Origin: Squalus acanthias
Lineage: Eukaryota
Length of the DNA: 64,000 nucleotides
Assembly (NCBI GenBank): GCA_030390025.1
Contig: CM059425.1
Location: 171,432,001-171,496,000, forward strand
Direction of reading: 5' to 3'
Shown: positions 25,221 to 37,006 of the stretch, piece by piece
Position numbering within the stretch: the stretch's first letter is position 1
How the letters are laid out: each line of letters starts with the position of its first letter
Notes under the pieces: generated by a model
Databases searched by the model: none
The model's input: only the letters and a program-made list of their open reading frames with translations
What the model was told of the DNA's origin: nothing
Program-made: the position numbers and the translations under genes

Positions 25221-26549
25221 TCAGCTGTATGAATCACCATCATAGATTGCCATCTGAAGCACCATCCATTTTCCCTTACGGGAAGCATGCATGCGGGGCT
25301 TGATTAGACACACCTGATCCGCCAGTGAACAGTTTCAGACCTGAGGAATGAAATATGAAAAAAGCCCCATAATAAATCAAACCTAATACAGCTGTTTGCA
25401 CACAGGTACAGAAGACAAACAGATAACTGAGGTTTTATAGTCAATAAATTCCTGTCATCGAACTGCTTTTTGCCAAAATATATTCAAAGGTCTTGTAACG
25501 TAAAATTAGGAACATGAAAAATAAATTGGATATAAACAGAGAAAGGGAAAATGAAGCGGAGGGTAGAGAAAGGAAGAGAGAAATTGATTTTTCTTGTATT
25601 ACTGTACCTGTACCTGGACTGTAGTATGTCTGGTCCAGAGCCAGTCAAGTACATAATCTGTACTGTAGAGAGCCAGTAAATAGACACTAATCCAAAAGTA
25701 ACCAGTTCTGGTGTTTGGAGAATAGTGTATTAGTCTCAGTAACGTATTCTGCTCTCACTTCTAGGTTTTGGCTTTGGAGGATGTTTGATCAACAGCTGGT
25801 TATGACGGTGCTCATATTAACCACAAGTCATCTAGGCAATGGCAGAATCTTCCAAAATTCATACACATGTACAATTATATAATAAACTAAGCATTTTTGC
25901 AAAATACATCAAAAGAACTGTAAATAGGGTTCACATTATAGATAATCCATTGTTAAGGATAGCACCTTCAAGATAAATTTACAAGCCAGTTGGACTGAAA
26001 ACAGTGGGCAGCTTGTAGCAGAATTGCTAGTATGTGTTGGTGGCAGGTGAGGCTCCTTGTAAAATTACCCCTGCATCTCAAATGTTAATACTGAGCTCAA
26101 CTTAAAAATAATGATCAGCAGTTTTCTATGTGGTGTATCTTCACTAGATTATGTTGCAAAATCAGAAAAGTATTTTGGAAAGTTGTTTTTAAAAGAAGCG
26201 TGAGGATCTTCAAATAGATTAACTATGTTCCATTTTCTTTGATTTGAGGGGAAACAGGTTTAAAAAAAACCTGTTAAATCTATTGCTATCATTTAAAATT
26301 GTTCACTTTCAATACCCTAAGCTTTGGTAAATTTGTACAAGTTACCATGCAGCCCAAATGGAACAAAAAATGATTGAATATTCTGAAGATTTGAAAAATC
26401 CTTCTTCAGCAAAAGATGTTCCAGCTTTTTATGATTACATTTGAGAGGCCTCAATGCCCTGTACATATCAGATGTCCTTATAATCTCAGGTTTGCAGACA
26501 TAGACGTATCCCAAAAGCAGCAGTGATAAACAGCAGCAGCAATACACAC

Positions 26550-26626
26550 CGTAATCAGTGATCTTACAGGACACCAGGTACAGCTCCTTCAGGCTCTGTC
26601 CTTCCTTAGCTATGAATTCCACACAT
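26550..26626 (-). CDS. FBXL17: FBXL17 (F-box/LRR protein 17) internal coding exon, 77 bp
   Basis: Minus strand reads ttttgtttttgcag|A TGT GTG GAA TTC...GAT TAC G|gtgtgt, with canonical AG/GT sites. It encodes (R)CVEFIAKEGQSLKELYLVSCKITDY, nearly identical to the recalled vertebrate FBXL17 LRR segment RCVEVIAKEGQNLKELYLVSCKITDY. No other exon is recognisable, consistent with this gene's very large introns. Confidence 0.95.
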
Positions 26627-29369
26627 CTGCAAAAACAAAACAAGACACTCAGTTTAATACAAATTGGAGTCAAAGGTTTAAAATGGTTAAGTAAACGAGA
26701 ACTCTCAACACAATATTTGCCTGTAACAGACAAGATAAATCTAATGCCAAATCCACCCCATCATGATACATTCTACCTTAAGAAATTAGGGCACGGTGGC
26801 TTTATGTCACTAAGGGGTAAGACATTGCTTTTTAGGCATGATTCCCCACAGGGCATGTTTTCCATCCTGGCCATGTCATCACAGGGAGGCATTGACCTAC
26901 ACTGTTTCTCAATGGAAGGGATTTGCATAGGCCACTCTTGCACCTCTAACAACCTAGCCAGTCAAGAACAGCACTGACAAGGGCCTTGGTGCAGGTTGCC
27001 TGCCCAGCGGTGTAGCATGAGATTGGTACTCCATGAAGACCTAAAAAAATGGGGTAGAAAATAGAACACATTTAAAATTAACCGAAGTACTAGATGTTGC
27101 AAAAATCAAACCTTGTTCAGTTGTCTATCACAGTGATGGCTGGAGAATGGAAAGTCAAATAAAACGTCAATTTTAAGTCTTTGTAAGCAGATTAACTATT
27201 ATATATTAAAAATGGTGAGTGGTTGTGTGACATTTCCTACTGTCCATTCAATTGTTCAACACTGACACCATATTGGTTATAGTTATATGGCTTTATTTGG
27301 CATAAGCAAGAATTAATACATTACAGTATTTAAGTAGTTTACAAAGTACAACTGAGAATTATATTACAGTACCCGTTATTGTACTTTGGGTAGAAGGCAT
27401 GACCTATTCCCCTTATCTCCTACTCACATATGCTTGTACACCTGTCTGGTGTCCTCCTTGGCCCGTCTACACTGAGAAAGACCCATACACCCTAGGATAT
27501 ACACCAAAAACCGGAACTGCGGAAAAATCCATCCAATCATCTATCTTCCATACCCTCCATTCTACCCAATCATGTGCCCGGCACATCTGTGCCCAGGCAC
27601 AGGCCTTGGACCTCCCTTATCTGATCTTTAGCCTTAGCACAAGCTTTTTCTGTGCTTGGTTTCAGTTTCTACAGTTGATGACGCACCCTATGGACCTTCA
27701 AGACAGCAAGAGTTCCAACTGTAAATAGAACCTAGGTTCAACATGCTCCTTTTCCCTAATTCTAACAGAGCAGGAATAAAACTGAAGTAATAAAACTGTA
27801 GAATAGCAAATTTATTAAACTGCAATCTAGCAAAGCTTAATACTGAAAAATAGTAAAAGGGAATTACAAAAGCTCTTAATGTATTCCCAGTCAGAGAAGA
27901 GAGATAAGAGATAATGCTGTAGACCGCTTCAAGTCTCAAACTATTTTTCCCTCTCTTCTAACAATAACAATTAGTTTTTGCAATAATAAGGATACATGTG
28001 ATCGTACGTCATCCTGAGAGTCCAAAAGCATTGGATTTTGCAGAATAGCAGTTCTAGCAAAAAGCTTAGGGTCATTTAACTCTTGCAATGTTTAATCCCT
28101 CTAAATACCCTCATAAGCCTATATTCTTAAAGTTGCAGCAGTCCATTGTTATTGCACCTATAGGTGATGCTGTGAGGGACAGATTATGTGACCTAACATT
28201 ATTGTGTGTTTTTATAATGGACGGGTGATCCACTCCGGCAGATTACCACCCAAGTGGTGAAGACAAAAATCTATCCTCCTGTATGCAACACAACGTATAA
28301 TATATTTTTTGAAGTGTTACACTTCTCCTGTCATATTTTGCATTTGTACCACACAGCATGGGCAAGAAACAGGCTGGTGAGCAACCACTGGTTTGCAGAA
28401 ATTCTTGCTATCACTCGCTCCTCTTTCAAAAGCCTCATCTCCCCAACCTTCCTCCAGCCACTGTTCAGCACCTCTTTTCATCTTTGTAAAGCGCTTTGGC
28501 ACATTTTACTATGTTAAGGTGCCATATAAATAAATGAAAGCAATTGTTGAAAATTTTAAATACATCAAATTTGTCCAAAATCTCCCTTCCAAAAAGTAAA
28601 ATATATAACTGTAATATAGCAAGTAGTGGGTCAAACCAGTTTGTAAGGTGAGGAGGAGGTGATAACGCAGTTTCTGGAACCTCATTTATCTTAACCTCTG
28701 TACTGTGGCAATTTCTAAAAAATCTCCCAGAAGTCACATCTTTTCTTGGACCTTTGGTGGCTGGTAGAAAATAGATGGAAGGGACACATGTTGACTCTAT
28801 ATCTGCTCTCCTCCTGCTCCTAGAGAGATGTGTTGTCTCTGCTCACTACCTTCCCGAAATGGTCCACTTCAGACTGGAAACCGTTCATATTTTAGTTGTG
28901 CCAGGCATGACAGGTGCATGGTACTGCTGCCATTGATGGCCCTCGATAAAACGGAAGGGATCTGGCCTCAGACATTGGACAGCATCAGAGTCTCATGTTT
29001 TTGTAGACTTTGCGAATTGCCATCAGGTCTCCAATTACAAGTAAGCCTGTGACACTGGACCTCCCCATCCTTCTTAGCCATGGGAAATGCAATGCTCTGA
29101 CGTCCACTGGGCGTAGATTAAGAGCAGTGTTTCCAGTCAAACTAAACAGGAGAAAGCAGTGGACAGAAACTGCAGTTCTCCACTTTAACTCTGCTCCCCG
29201 GGAACTTCTTATGAGAATATAGAAGTGCCTTGATGGGAATCCATCATGTGATCATATTCTTTAACTCACTTTAACTTGTTGTTGAAGGTCTCCAGAAAGA
29301 GTTTTTCCACTGCGGCTAAAATACTGTTAAAAAACAATAAAACCTGCCTGGTACTCTTGCTTCTTGAAT

Positions 29370-30194
29370 AGTGCTCCAGGTGAAAGGTTTTAGTTCAGCT
29401 CAAAGGCATGGAGATGCAGGGAAAATCTTGGGAATGGATGGGAAATTGGCTGAAGTCTAGACAATAATGGGTACTGGTTAGAGGAGTAATGTCAGGGTTG
29501 GGTGGGGTGGGGTGGTCGGGGGGAGAAAGAGTACTGAGTCGGTTGCCCTAGGGCTCAGTGTTGGGACCACTACAGTTTCTAAATTGCATCAATACCATGG
29601 ATTCAGAACCTCAATTCAAACTGGGCACATTTGCAGATGACATCAAACTAGGAGGGGCAGTGGAATCAAAGGAGGCAGCTTAGAAATTACATGAATTAAA
29701 CAAAATAGGAGTTAAACAAAATATGTGAGTCAGCCGAACAATGGAAGATGACATTTAATGAAGATAAATATATAGTATTGGACACAGGAAGGGAAAATGG
29801 GTGAGATACATACTTCACGAATGGTGTTGAAATAGCTAAGAATGAGTTGAAAGAAACCTAGGAGTCTTAGTAGACTCAACACTCAACAGTTCCAAACATT
29901 GCAGAGCAGCAATCAACAAAACCAATAGAGTGTTGAACTTAGTCAAAAGAGCACAACAGATCAGAGGAGGTCATAGTCAAACTGTACAGTGCTCTATCCA
30001 GACTACACCTTGAGTATTGTGTCCATTTCTGATAACTGAAAAACAAGGGAGACATTCAAACGCTCGAGGCAGTGCAGAGAAGAGACACAAGGCTGATTCC
30101 TAGTGTCAAGGGGCTAAATTATGGGGAAATATTGGAGAAACTGAGGATTTTCAGCCTGGAAAGGAAGTGCCTGAGAGGTGATCTTCGTGAGATA
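29370..30194 (+). mobile_element. Old CR1 fragment, resuming at 32005-32250 after nested insertions
   Basis: Decayed RT (ggctcagtgttgggaccac, tttgcagatgac). The frame ...LRGDLRE|I resumes after the insertion as tatacaagatagtaaatggtatg (YKIVNGM). Confidence 0.7.
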
Positions 30195-32004
30195 CAGTCC
30201 CCACCACTTGAAACACCTATGTTTAAAACGGGCAGTCGCTTATATCGGACAAAAAGTGATAACCACTAGCCAATTTCAAAGTTGCCAGTTATAGCGTCTG
30301 AAGTGTTCCGTTTATTTCGGGCAGAAACAGCTGTGCTTACTCACTGATGACAAGGGTTCACAGTCAGCTATCAGCATAGGATTGATCAGATTCATCAAAG
30401 TTAGAGCTAGAGCAACGCTTCGTGTTACAGTTGGGCAGTCACTGTACATGGTAAAGTTCAAAGATATCATTTTTTTGTACTGTGTCAATAGTCTATACAT
30501 AAAACTAACTCGGGGTGATAAAAAGCACCATCCAAACAGATTCAAATAATCAAAATAATTTCATTCCCAGTGGTTATATGTCAGTTTGGCGTTTTCCTGG
30601 TCAGGTCAACACAAATAATAAATCAGCGACAGCAACATTCTGAAGGGGCCACTGCAGTAAAAATCACATTGAGGAAATTCAGCAGATTTCCTGCATGGAC
30701 CATTCTACCCTCCTGAACCAAGGATGATGGTGCAGCTGCGTAGAGAACAGCAAACCTAAGGCATACAAATGACAATGAAACAAACATGAAAAAAGATTTT
30801 TAAAGGTTTTTGTATTGTTTTTAAAAAGTCATTGGACACTCCACACAATGCATAGAACAGTAGTAAAGTCTGAATCAAAGTATGAAGTCCATAAATCAGG
30901 GTATCTAATAATGCTCCCATTGTTAGAAACGGTCAGCCAATAACTCATAGGGCTACCACACTATACCAGCAATCGCATATAACAGGCAAATCGCATGAAC
31001 ATACCCGCAATAACAACAACAACTTGTATTTATATAGTGCCTTTAACGTAGTAAAAGGTCCCGGGAGTATTTTAAAACAAAAAATTTGACACCAATCCAC
31101 ATAAGGATAAATTAGGGCAAGTGACCAAAAGCTTGGCCAAAGAAGTAGGTTTTAAGGAGCGTCTTAAAGGAGGAAAGAGAGGTAACGAGGCGGAGAGATT
31201 TAGGGAAGGAATTCCAGAGCTTAGGGCCTACGCAACAGAAGGCACGGCCACCAAAGGTAGAGCGATTATAATCAGGGATGCTCAAGAGGGCAGAATTAGA
31301 GGAGCGCAGATATCTCGGAGGGTTGTAGGGCTGGAGGAGATTACAGAGATAGGGAGGGGCGAGGCCATGGAGGGATTTGAAAACAAGGATGAGAATTTTG
31401 AAATCGAGGCGCTGCTTAACCGGGAGCCAATGTAGGTCAGCAAGCACAGGGGTGATGGGCGAACGGGACTTGGTGCGAGTTAGGACACGGGCAGCCGAGT
31501 TTTGGATGACCTCAAGTTTACGTAGGGTGGTATGTGGGAGGCCAGCCAGGAATGTGTTGGAATAGTCAAGTCTAGAGGTAACAAAGGCATGGATGAGAGG
31601 GTTTCAGCAGTGGATGAGCTGAGGCAAGGGCGGAGACGGGCGATGTTACGGAGGTGGAAGTAGGTGGTCTTTGTTATGCTGTGGATATGTAGTTGAAAGC
31701 TCATTTCAGGGTCAAATATGACACCAAGGTTGCGAACAGTGTGGTTCAGCCTCAGACAGATTTTAGGGAGAGGGATGGAGTCAGTGGCTAGGGAACGGAG
31801 TTTGTGGCGGGGACCGAAAACAATGGCTTCGGTCTTCCCATTATTTAATTGGAGAAAATTTTTGCTCATCCAGAACTGTATGTCGGACAAGCAGTCTGAC
31901 AATTTAGATACCGTGGAGGGGTCGAGAGAAGCGGTAGTGAGGTAGAGCTGGGTGTCGTCAGCGTACATGTGGAAACTGACGCTGTGTTTTCGCGGTGGGG
32001 ACTG
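30195..32004. mobile_element. Non-autonomous Tc1/mariner-superfamily (pogo/Tigger-like) DNA transposon containing an L2 insertion
   Basis: TA|CAGTCCCCACC ... GGTGGGGACTG|TA. The TIR and TA duplication split the CR1 coding frame exactly. Confidence 0.7.
31012..31992 (-). mobile_element. L2 LINE 3' fragment
   Basis: ORFs 31480-31968 (MYADDTQLYL) and 31112-31447 (LHWLPVKQRLDFKIL). The tail is (GTT)n. Confidence 0.9.
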
Positions 32005-32061
32005 TATACAAGATAGTAAATGGTATGGGTGGGGACTGTATACAAGATAGTAAATGGTATG
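31994..32061 (+). repeat. Tandem 34-bp duplication
   Basis: ggtggggactgtatacaagatagtaaatggtatg occurs twice. Confidence 0.9.
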
Positions 32062-33674
32062 GAATAAGTTAATCCAGAATACTACTTGAAATTAAACTGC
32101 GAGTGCAGTCCAAAGGGACATAGGTTCAAAAGGTAATTTTAGGTAATTTCACGCAGCTTGTAGTAGTGGAGGCAAAAATCCTGGAATCATTTAAGCAACA
32201 ATTAGACTGCAGCAATGGGGGGAGTGTAACCTCATTCTGGATAGATGGATTAAAACCTGAAAAAAAAGTTCACCCTCTAAAGTTTATCTCCCATTGGTAT
32301 TTTTCTGACACTTGTGAAATACTGGTCCTTAGCTTTCCAGATGACCGAGGACGTACAGCAGTAGGAGGATGAAACTAAATAGCTATGAGGAGAAAACAGA
32401 ACTAATGTGCTTTACACATGTGAGTTGCTGCTGTTTGTGAAACCATACCCCAACAGGAGGCAGCACCTCCAGAAAAAGGGGGGAAGGGGGATGAGAGAAG
32501 ATAAAATTGGAAACAAATGTAGAAAGATGTCATTCCACGATGCACTTACTAAAATTTATTTTAAGGTCATAGAAACAGATAATTGGAAGTGTTAAGACTG
32601 CCACTCATTTGAAAGTATATCTATGGATGGGTTTGCGATAATAAATCTAGAGCTTGGCACTAGTGATGACTGAAGGTAGTTAATTAGGAAATACAGCCAT
32701 TGTTCTTGGCAGCAGAAAGCAGTCCTAAGAGGCCTTGTTACTGTTTACGATGTATTCACGACCAAGGGAAAGCTAATTAGAACTGTCACACATTGGTTAT
32801 CATCTCTCACTTTCCAGGTCTGGGGCCTTAGATTACTCCAGAGTTTAAAGCAAATTGCACCTTAAGAGACACTTAAATAACCGGATTCTGAACTGCCTCT
32901 GGCCACATTTTGTTATTAATGTTTATTTGTGTCTGGAAAGTCTGCAAGTTAGACAAACAGGCACTGAGATAACAGGACCATTTTCAGCCACTTTCCTGAC
33001 AAAATTTACTTTTGTATGCAGCATCATAGGTACCATCTTACACCAATCAGTAAGAGCAAATATACCTTTTATGGCCTGGTTTAAACAACGTCTCACGCTG
33101 TTTAAAATAAAATAGAGGGGGGTGGGGGGTGAAACCCAAGGACTCTTCAGATACCGGAATTCAAGGACATCATTTCAAACATGACATACCATTATTATTG
33201 TGGTGATTGTCTTGCATTCTGGCTCCAATAGAGCCACTAGTGCATTGAAATATTAGCTTTGAAAGCTTAATCTAAACTAGGATCAACAAAAGTAAACACA
33301 ATGGTCAAGGTCTGATTGTGTGAACGTTGATGAAAGAAAGAAATATTCATGTGCCAGGAGACTTTAAAACTTTCAGAACACAAGGTTAAACACTGGCTGA
33401 TCTGTACTTTACTATACAAGAATTCTTCTCAAACTCATGTATTGTAAATCCCTTACAATGTTATATATGTGATGTAATCCAGGTTGTATGTACAGTATGC
33501 ATCAAACAACCTTTTGATTTTATTCAAGATCAACTGCACATAGCTATTTCACTGATGTTGCTGAGGAAAAAGATAGTGATGATTTAATTGTAAGTATTCT
33601 CATCAATAAATGCAGAACAAAGGCAATAGTTTCGATGCGTAGCCTGAATAGGTACCAGATATCACATTATCGGG

Positions 33675-33818
33675 AATGGTAGCATAGTGGTTTTGTTACA
33701 GGACTAGGGCTGGATTAATGAAACATGAGTTCAAAGCTCACCACAGCAGCTGTGGAATTTAAATTCAGTTAATTAAATAAAATCTGGAATTAAAAGCTAG
33801 TATCAGTAATGGTGACCA
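33675..33818 (+). mobile_element. tRNA-derived SINE 5' part
   Basis: Box A-like ggtagcatagtggtt and box B-like gagttcaaagc. A similar head occurs at ~1910. Confidence 0.5.
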
Positions 33819-35114
33819 GGGTTTTATGAAAGGGAGATCATGGTTGACAAATTTGCTGGAATTCTTTGAGGATGTAACGAGCAGGGTGGATAAAGGGGAA
33901 CCAGTAGATGTCGTGTATTTGGATTTCCAGAAGGCATTCGATAAGGTGCCGCATAAAAGGTTACTACACAAGATAAGAGCTCATGGGGTGGAGGGTAATA
34001 TATTAGCAAGGATAGAGGATTGGCTAACTAACAGAAAACAGAGAGTTGGGATAAATGGGTCATTTTCAGGTTGGCAAACTGTAACTAGTGGGGTGCCACA
34101 GGGATTGGTGCTGGGGTCTCAACTATTTACAATCTATATTAATGACTTGGATGAAGGGACTGAGTATAATGTAGCTAAATTTGCTGATGATACAAAGATT
34201 GGGAAAGCAAAGTGTGTGGAGGATGCACAGAATCTCCAAAGGGATATAGATAGGCTAAGTGAGTGGGCAAAAATCTGGCAGATGGAGTTTAACGTGGGGA
34301 AATGCGAGGTTATCCACTTTGATAGGAAAAATAAAAAAGCAAATTATTTAAATGGGGAGAGATTACAAAATGCTGAAGTACAGAGGGATCTGGGGGTCCT
34401 TGTACATGAATCACAAAAAGTTAGCATGCAGGTACAGCAAGTAATTAGGAAGGCAAATGGAATGTTGGCCTTTATTACAAAGGGAATGGAGTATAAAAGT
34501 AGGGAAGTCCTGTTGTAACTGTACAGGGCGTTGGTGAGACCACACCTGGAGTACTGCGTACAGTTTTGGTCTCCTTATTTAAGGAAGGATATACTTGCAT
34601 TGGAGGCAGTTCAGAGAAGGTTCACGAGGTTGATTCCAGAGATGAAGGGATTGTCTTATGAAGAAAGGTTGAACAGGTTGGGCCTATACTCATTGGAGTT
34701 TAGAAGAATGAGAGGGGATCTTATTGAAACACATGAGATTCTGAAGGGGCTTGACAGGGTAGATGCAGAGAGGATGTTTCCCCTCGTGGGGAAATCTAGA
34801 ACTGGGGGGCATAATTTCAGAATAAGGGGAAACCCTTTTAAATCGGAAATGAGGAGGAATTTCTTCTCAGAGGGTTGTGAATCTTTGGAATTCTCTTCCC
34901 CAGAGAGCTGTGGAGGCTGGGTCATTGAATATATTTAAGGTGGAGACAGACAGATTTTTGAATGGTAAGGGAGTCAAGGGTTAAGGGGAGCGGGCAGGGA
35001 AGTGGAGTTGAGGCCAAGATCAGATCAGCCATGATCGTATTGAATGGCGGAGCAGGCTCGAGGGGCCAAATGACATACTCCTGGCTCCTACGTCTTATGT
35101 CTTATGTTCTTATG
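33819..35114 (+). mobile_element. 5'-truncated CR1 LINE
   Basis: ORFs 33826-34518 and 34531-34938 with RT motifs. Tail cttatgtcttatgttcttatg. Confidence 0.92.
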
Positions 35115-36354
35115 TAATAGTACACCAAGGTTGCGAACAATGCCATGTAACATGGATACAAGCTGCTACTTTCAAATACTGTTCAGCAGCTTTAGAAAAG
35201 GGAATAAGAACACCAGGGGTAATGGTATCCGTTGATATGGCCCTTAGCTTCCCTGGTTGCAGTTGGTGAAGAAAGGAGCACGTCCCAAAGAGAGGCTGGA
35301 ACATCGATCATCAGTGTGGAACTCAAAGTGCCGGATTCCTGTGAAGAATGCTGAATCCTGTTTAGGTTTAATGGCCAGAGAGGAATTGATCCACATCGTC
35401 CAAACTAGTCTTTTTGGACTCAGAGGCTTGATGTGGCAGTTCTCCAGCAGTTGGCTTTTCCAATAGTGAAGGAAAATATCTCCTCTTAGGTTGGAGATAT
35501 CTTTAGTTAATTGTTTTACTGAGTGCAGTACCTTGGATAGAAATAACTTCACACCTGTCCAGTACGATTTTCTGGGGGTGAGGCAAGGGGAAGAGAAAAC
35601 TTTCCTCTTACATACAAAACATGATGGAGAGCAGCAGTCTTTGAATTATTAGGCCCAACATCAATTGATGATACATTTTTGAGGAAACCATTGTGTCTCT
35701 ATTGGTATCTTCTAATCTTGGAGTCTGAGAACCTACCCGTGGAGACTAGTGGCAAGACAGGCCATGCTGTAGGGCTGAGTCCTTTCCTAATAACAACTGC
35801 TTTTCATTGAAGCAATAAGTAGAGGTTATTCTAGCCTTTATGTAAGCAGGTCACCTCAGGGCTTTTATCCTGTAACCATGCATTCCCGCCCTTCACAGCC
35901 TGACTCTGTTTCCCTGGCAGCATATAGTATCCAGCCTCCCATTTGTATCTAGCCTGTTACTTTTAATTCAAGGTTGCTGAATTCACATTTTCTGATAATT
36001 CAAATTTTTTAGCCCGAAAGTTTCACTTTGCGGTGTTATTTACATTGCTTAATTCACATGATTGCAAAAAAAACCTTGGAATTATCAGGATTTGGCTACT
36101 GACAATGCAATTAGCTTGTGTTTATCACTGTACGTGAACCCAAATGATCTCAGTCCAATGCATCACCCAGAAAATCAAGTGCACACCTGAACATTACAGT
36201 AGTTCCTCCTATTCCTTCCTGAACCCAAGGCCAACTTTGGCTGCCAGTCAGAATCTTATAATGTGTGAGAAATTCCTCCACTCCCAGCCAGGTCCCGATA
36301 GTGTGGCCACCTTGTCCCAGCCAGATCTGATGCTGCAGTAGGAGGTACTATAAC

Positions 36355-37006
36355 TAGAATCAAAGAATGGTTACAGCACAGGAGGAGGCCATTCGGCCCG
36401 TCGAGCCTGTGCCGGCTCTCTGCAAGTGCACTTCAGCTAGTCCCACTCCCCTGCCCTTCCCCTGGAGCCCTGCAAATTTTTTTCCTTCAGGTACTTATCC
36501 AATTCCCTTTTGAAAGCCACGATTGAGTCTGCCTCCACCACCCTTTCAGGCAGCGCATTCCAGATCCTAACCACTCGCTGCATAAAAAAGATTTTCCTCA
36601 TGTCGTCTTTGGTTCTTTTGCCAATCACCTTAAATCTGTGTCCTCTGGTTCCCGACCCTTCTGCCAATGGAAACAGTTTCTCTCTATCTACTCTGTCTAG
36701 ACCCCTCATGGTTTTGAACACCTCCTCTATCAAATCTCCTCTCAACCTTCTCTGCTCTAAACAACCCCAGCTTCTCTAGTCTATCCACGTAACTGAAGTC
36801 CCTCATCCCTGGAATCATTCTCGTAAATCTTTTCTGCACCCTCTCTAAGGCCTTCACATCCTTCCTAAAGTGCGGTGCCCAGAATTGGACACAATACTCC
36901 AGTTGAGGCTGAACCAGTGTTTTATAAAGGTTCATCATAATGTCCTTGCTTTTGTACTCTGTGCCTCTATTTATGAAGCCCAGGATCCCGTATGCTTTTT
37001 TAACTA
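36355..37006 (-). mobile_element. CR1 LINE 3' fragment (same subfamily as 12550-13954)
   Basis: ORFs 36684-37079 and 36437-36745 are near-identical in protein to 13419-13871. Confidence 0.9.

Noticed and set aside
26317..26733. 138-aa ORF as a standalone gene
   Set aside because: Only the 77-bp spliced segment matches FBXL17. The rest is intron read-through.
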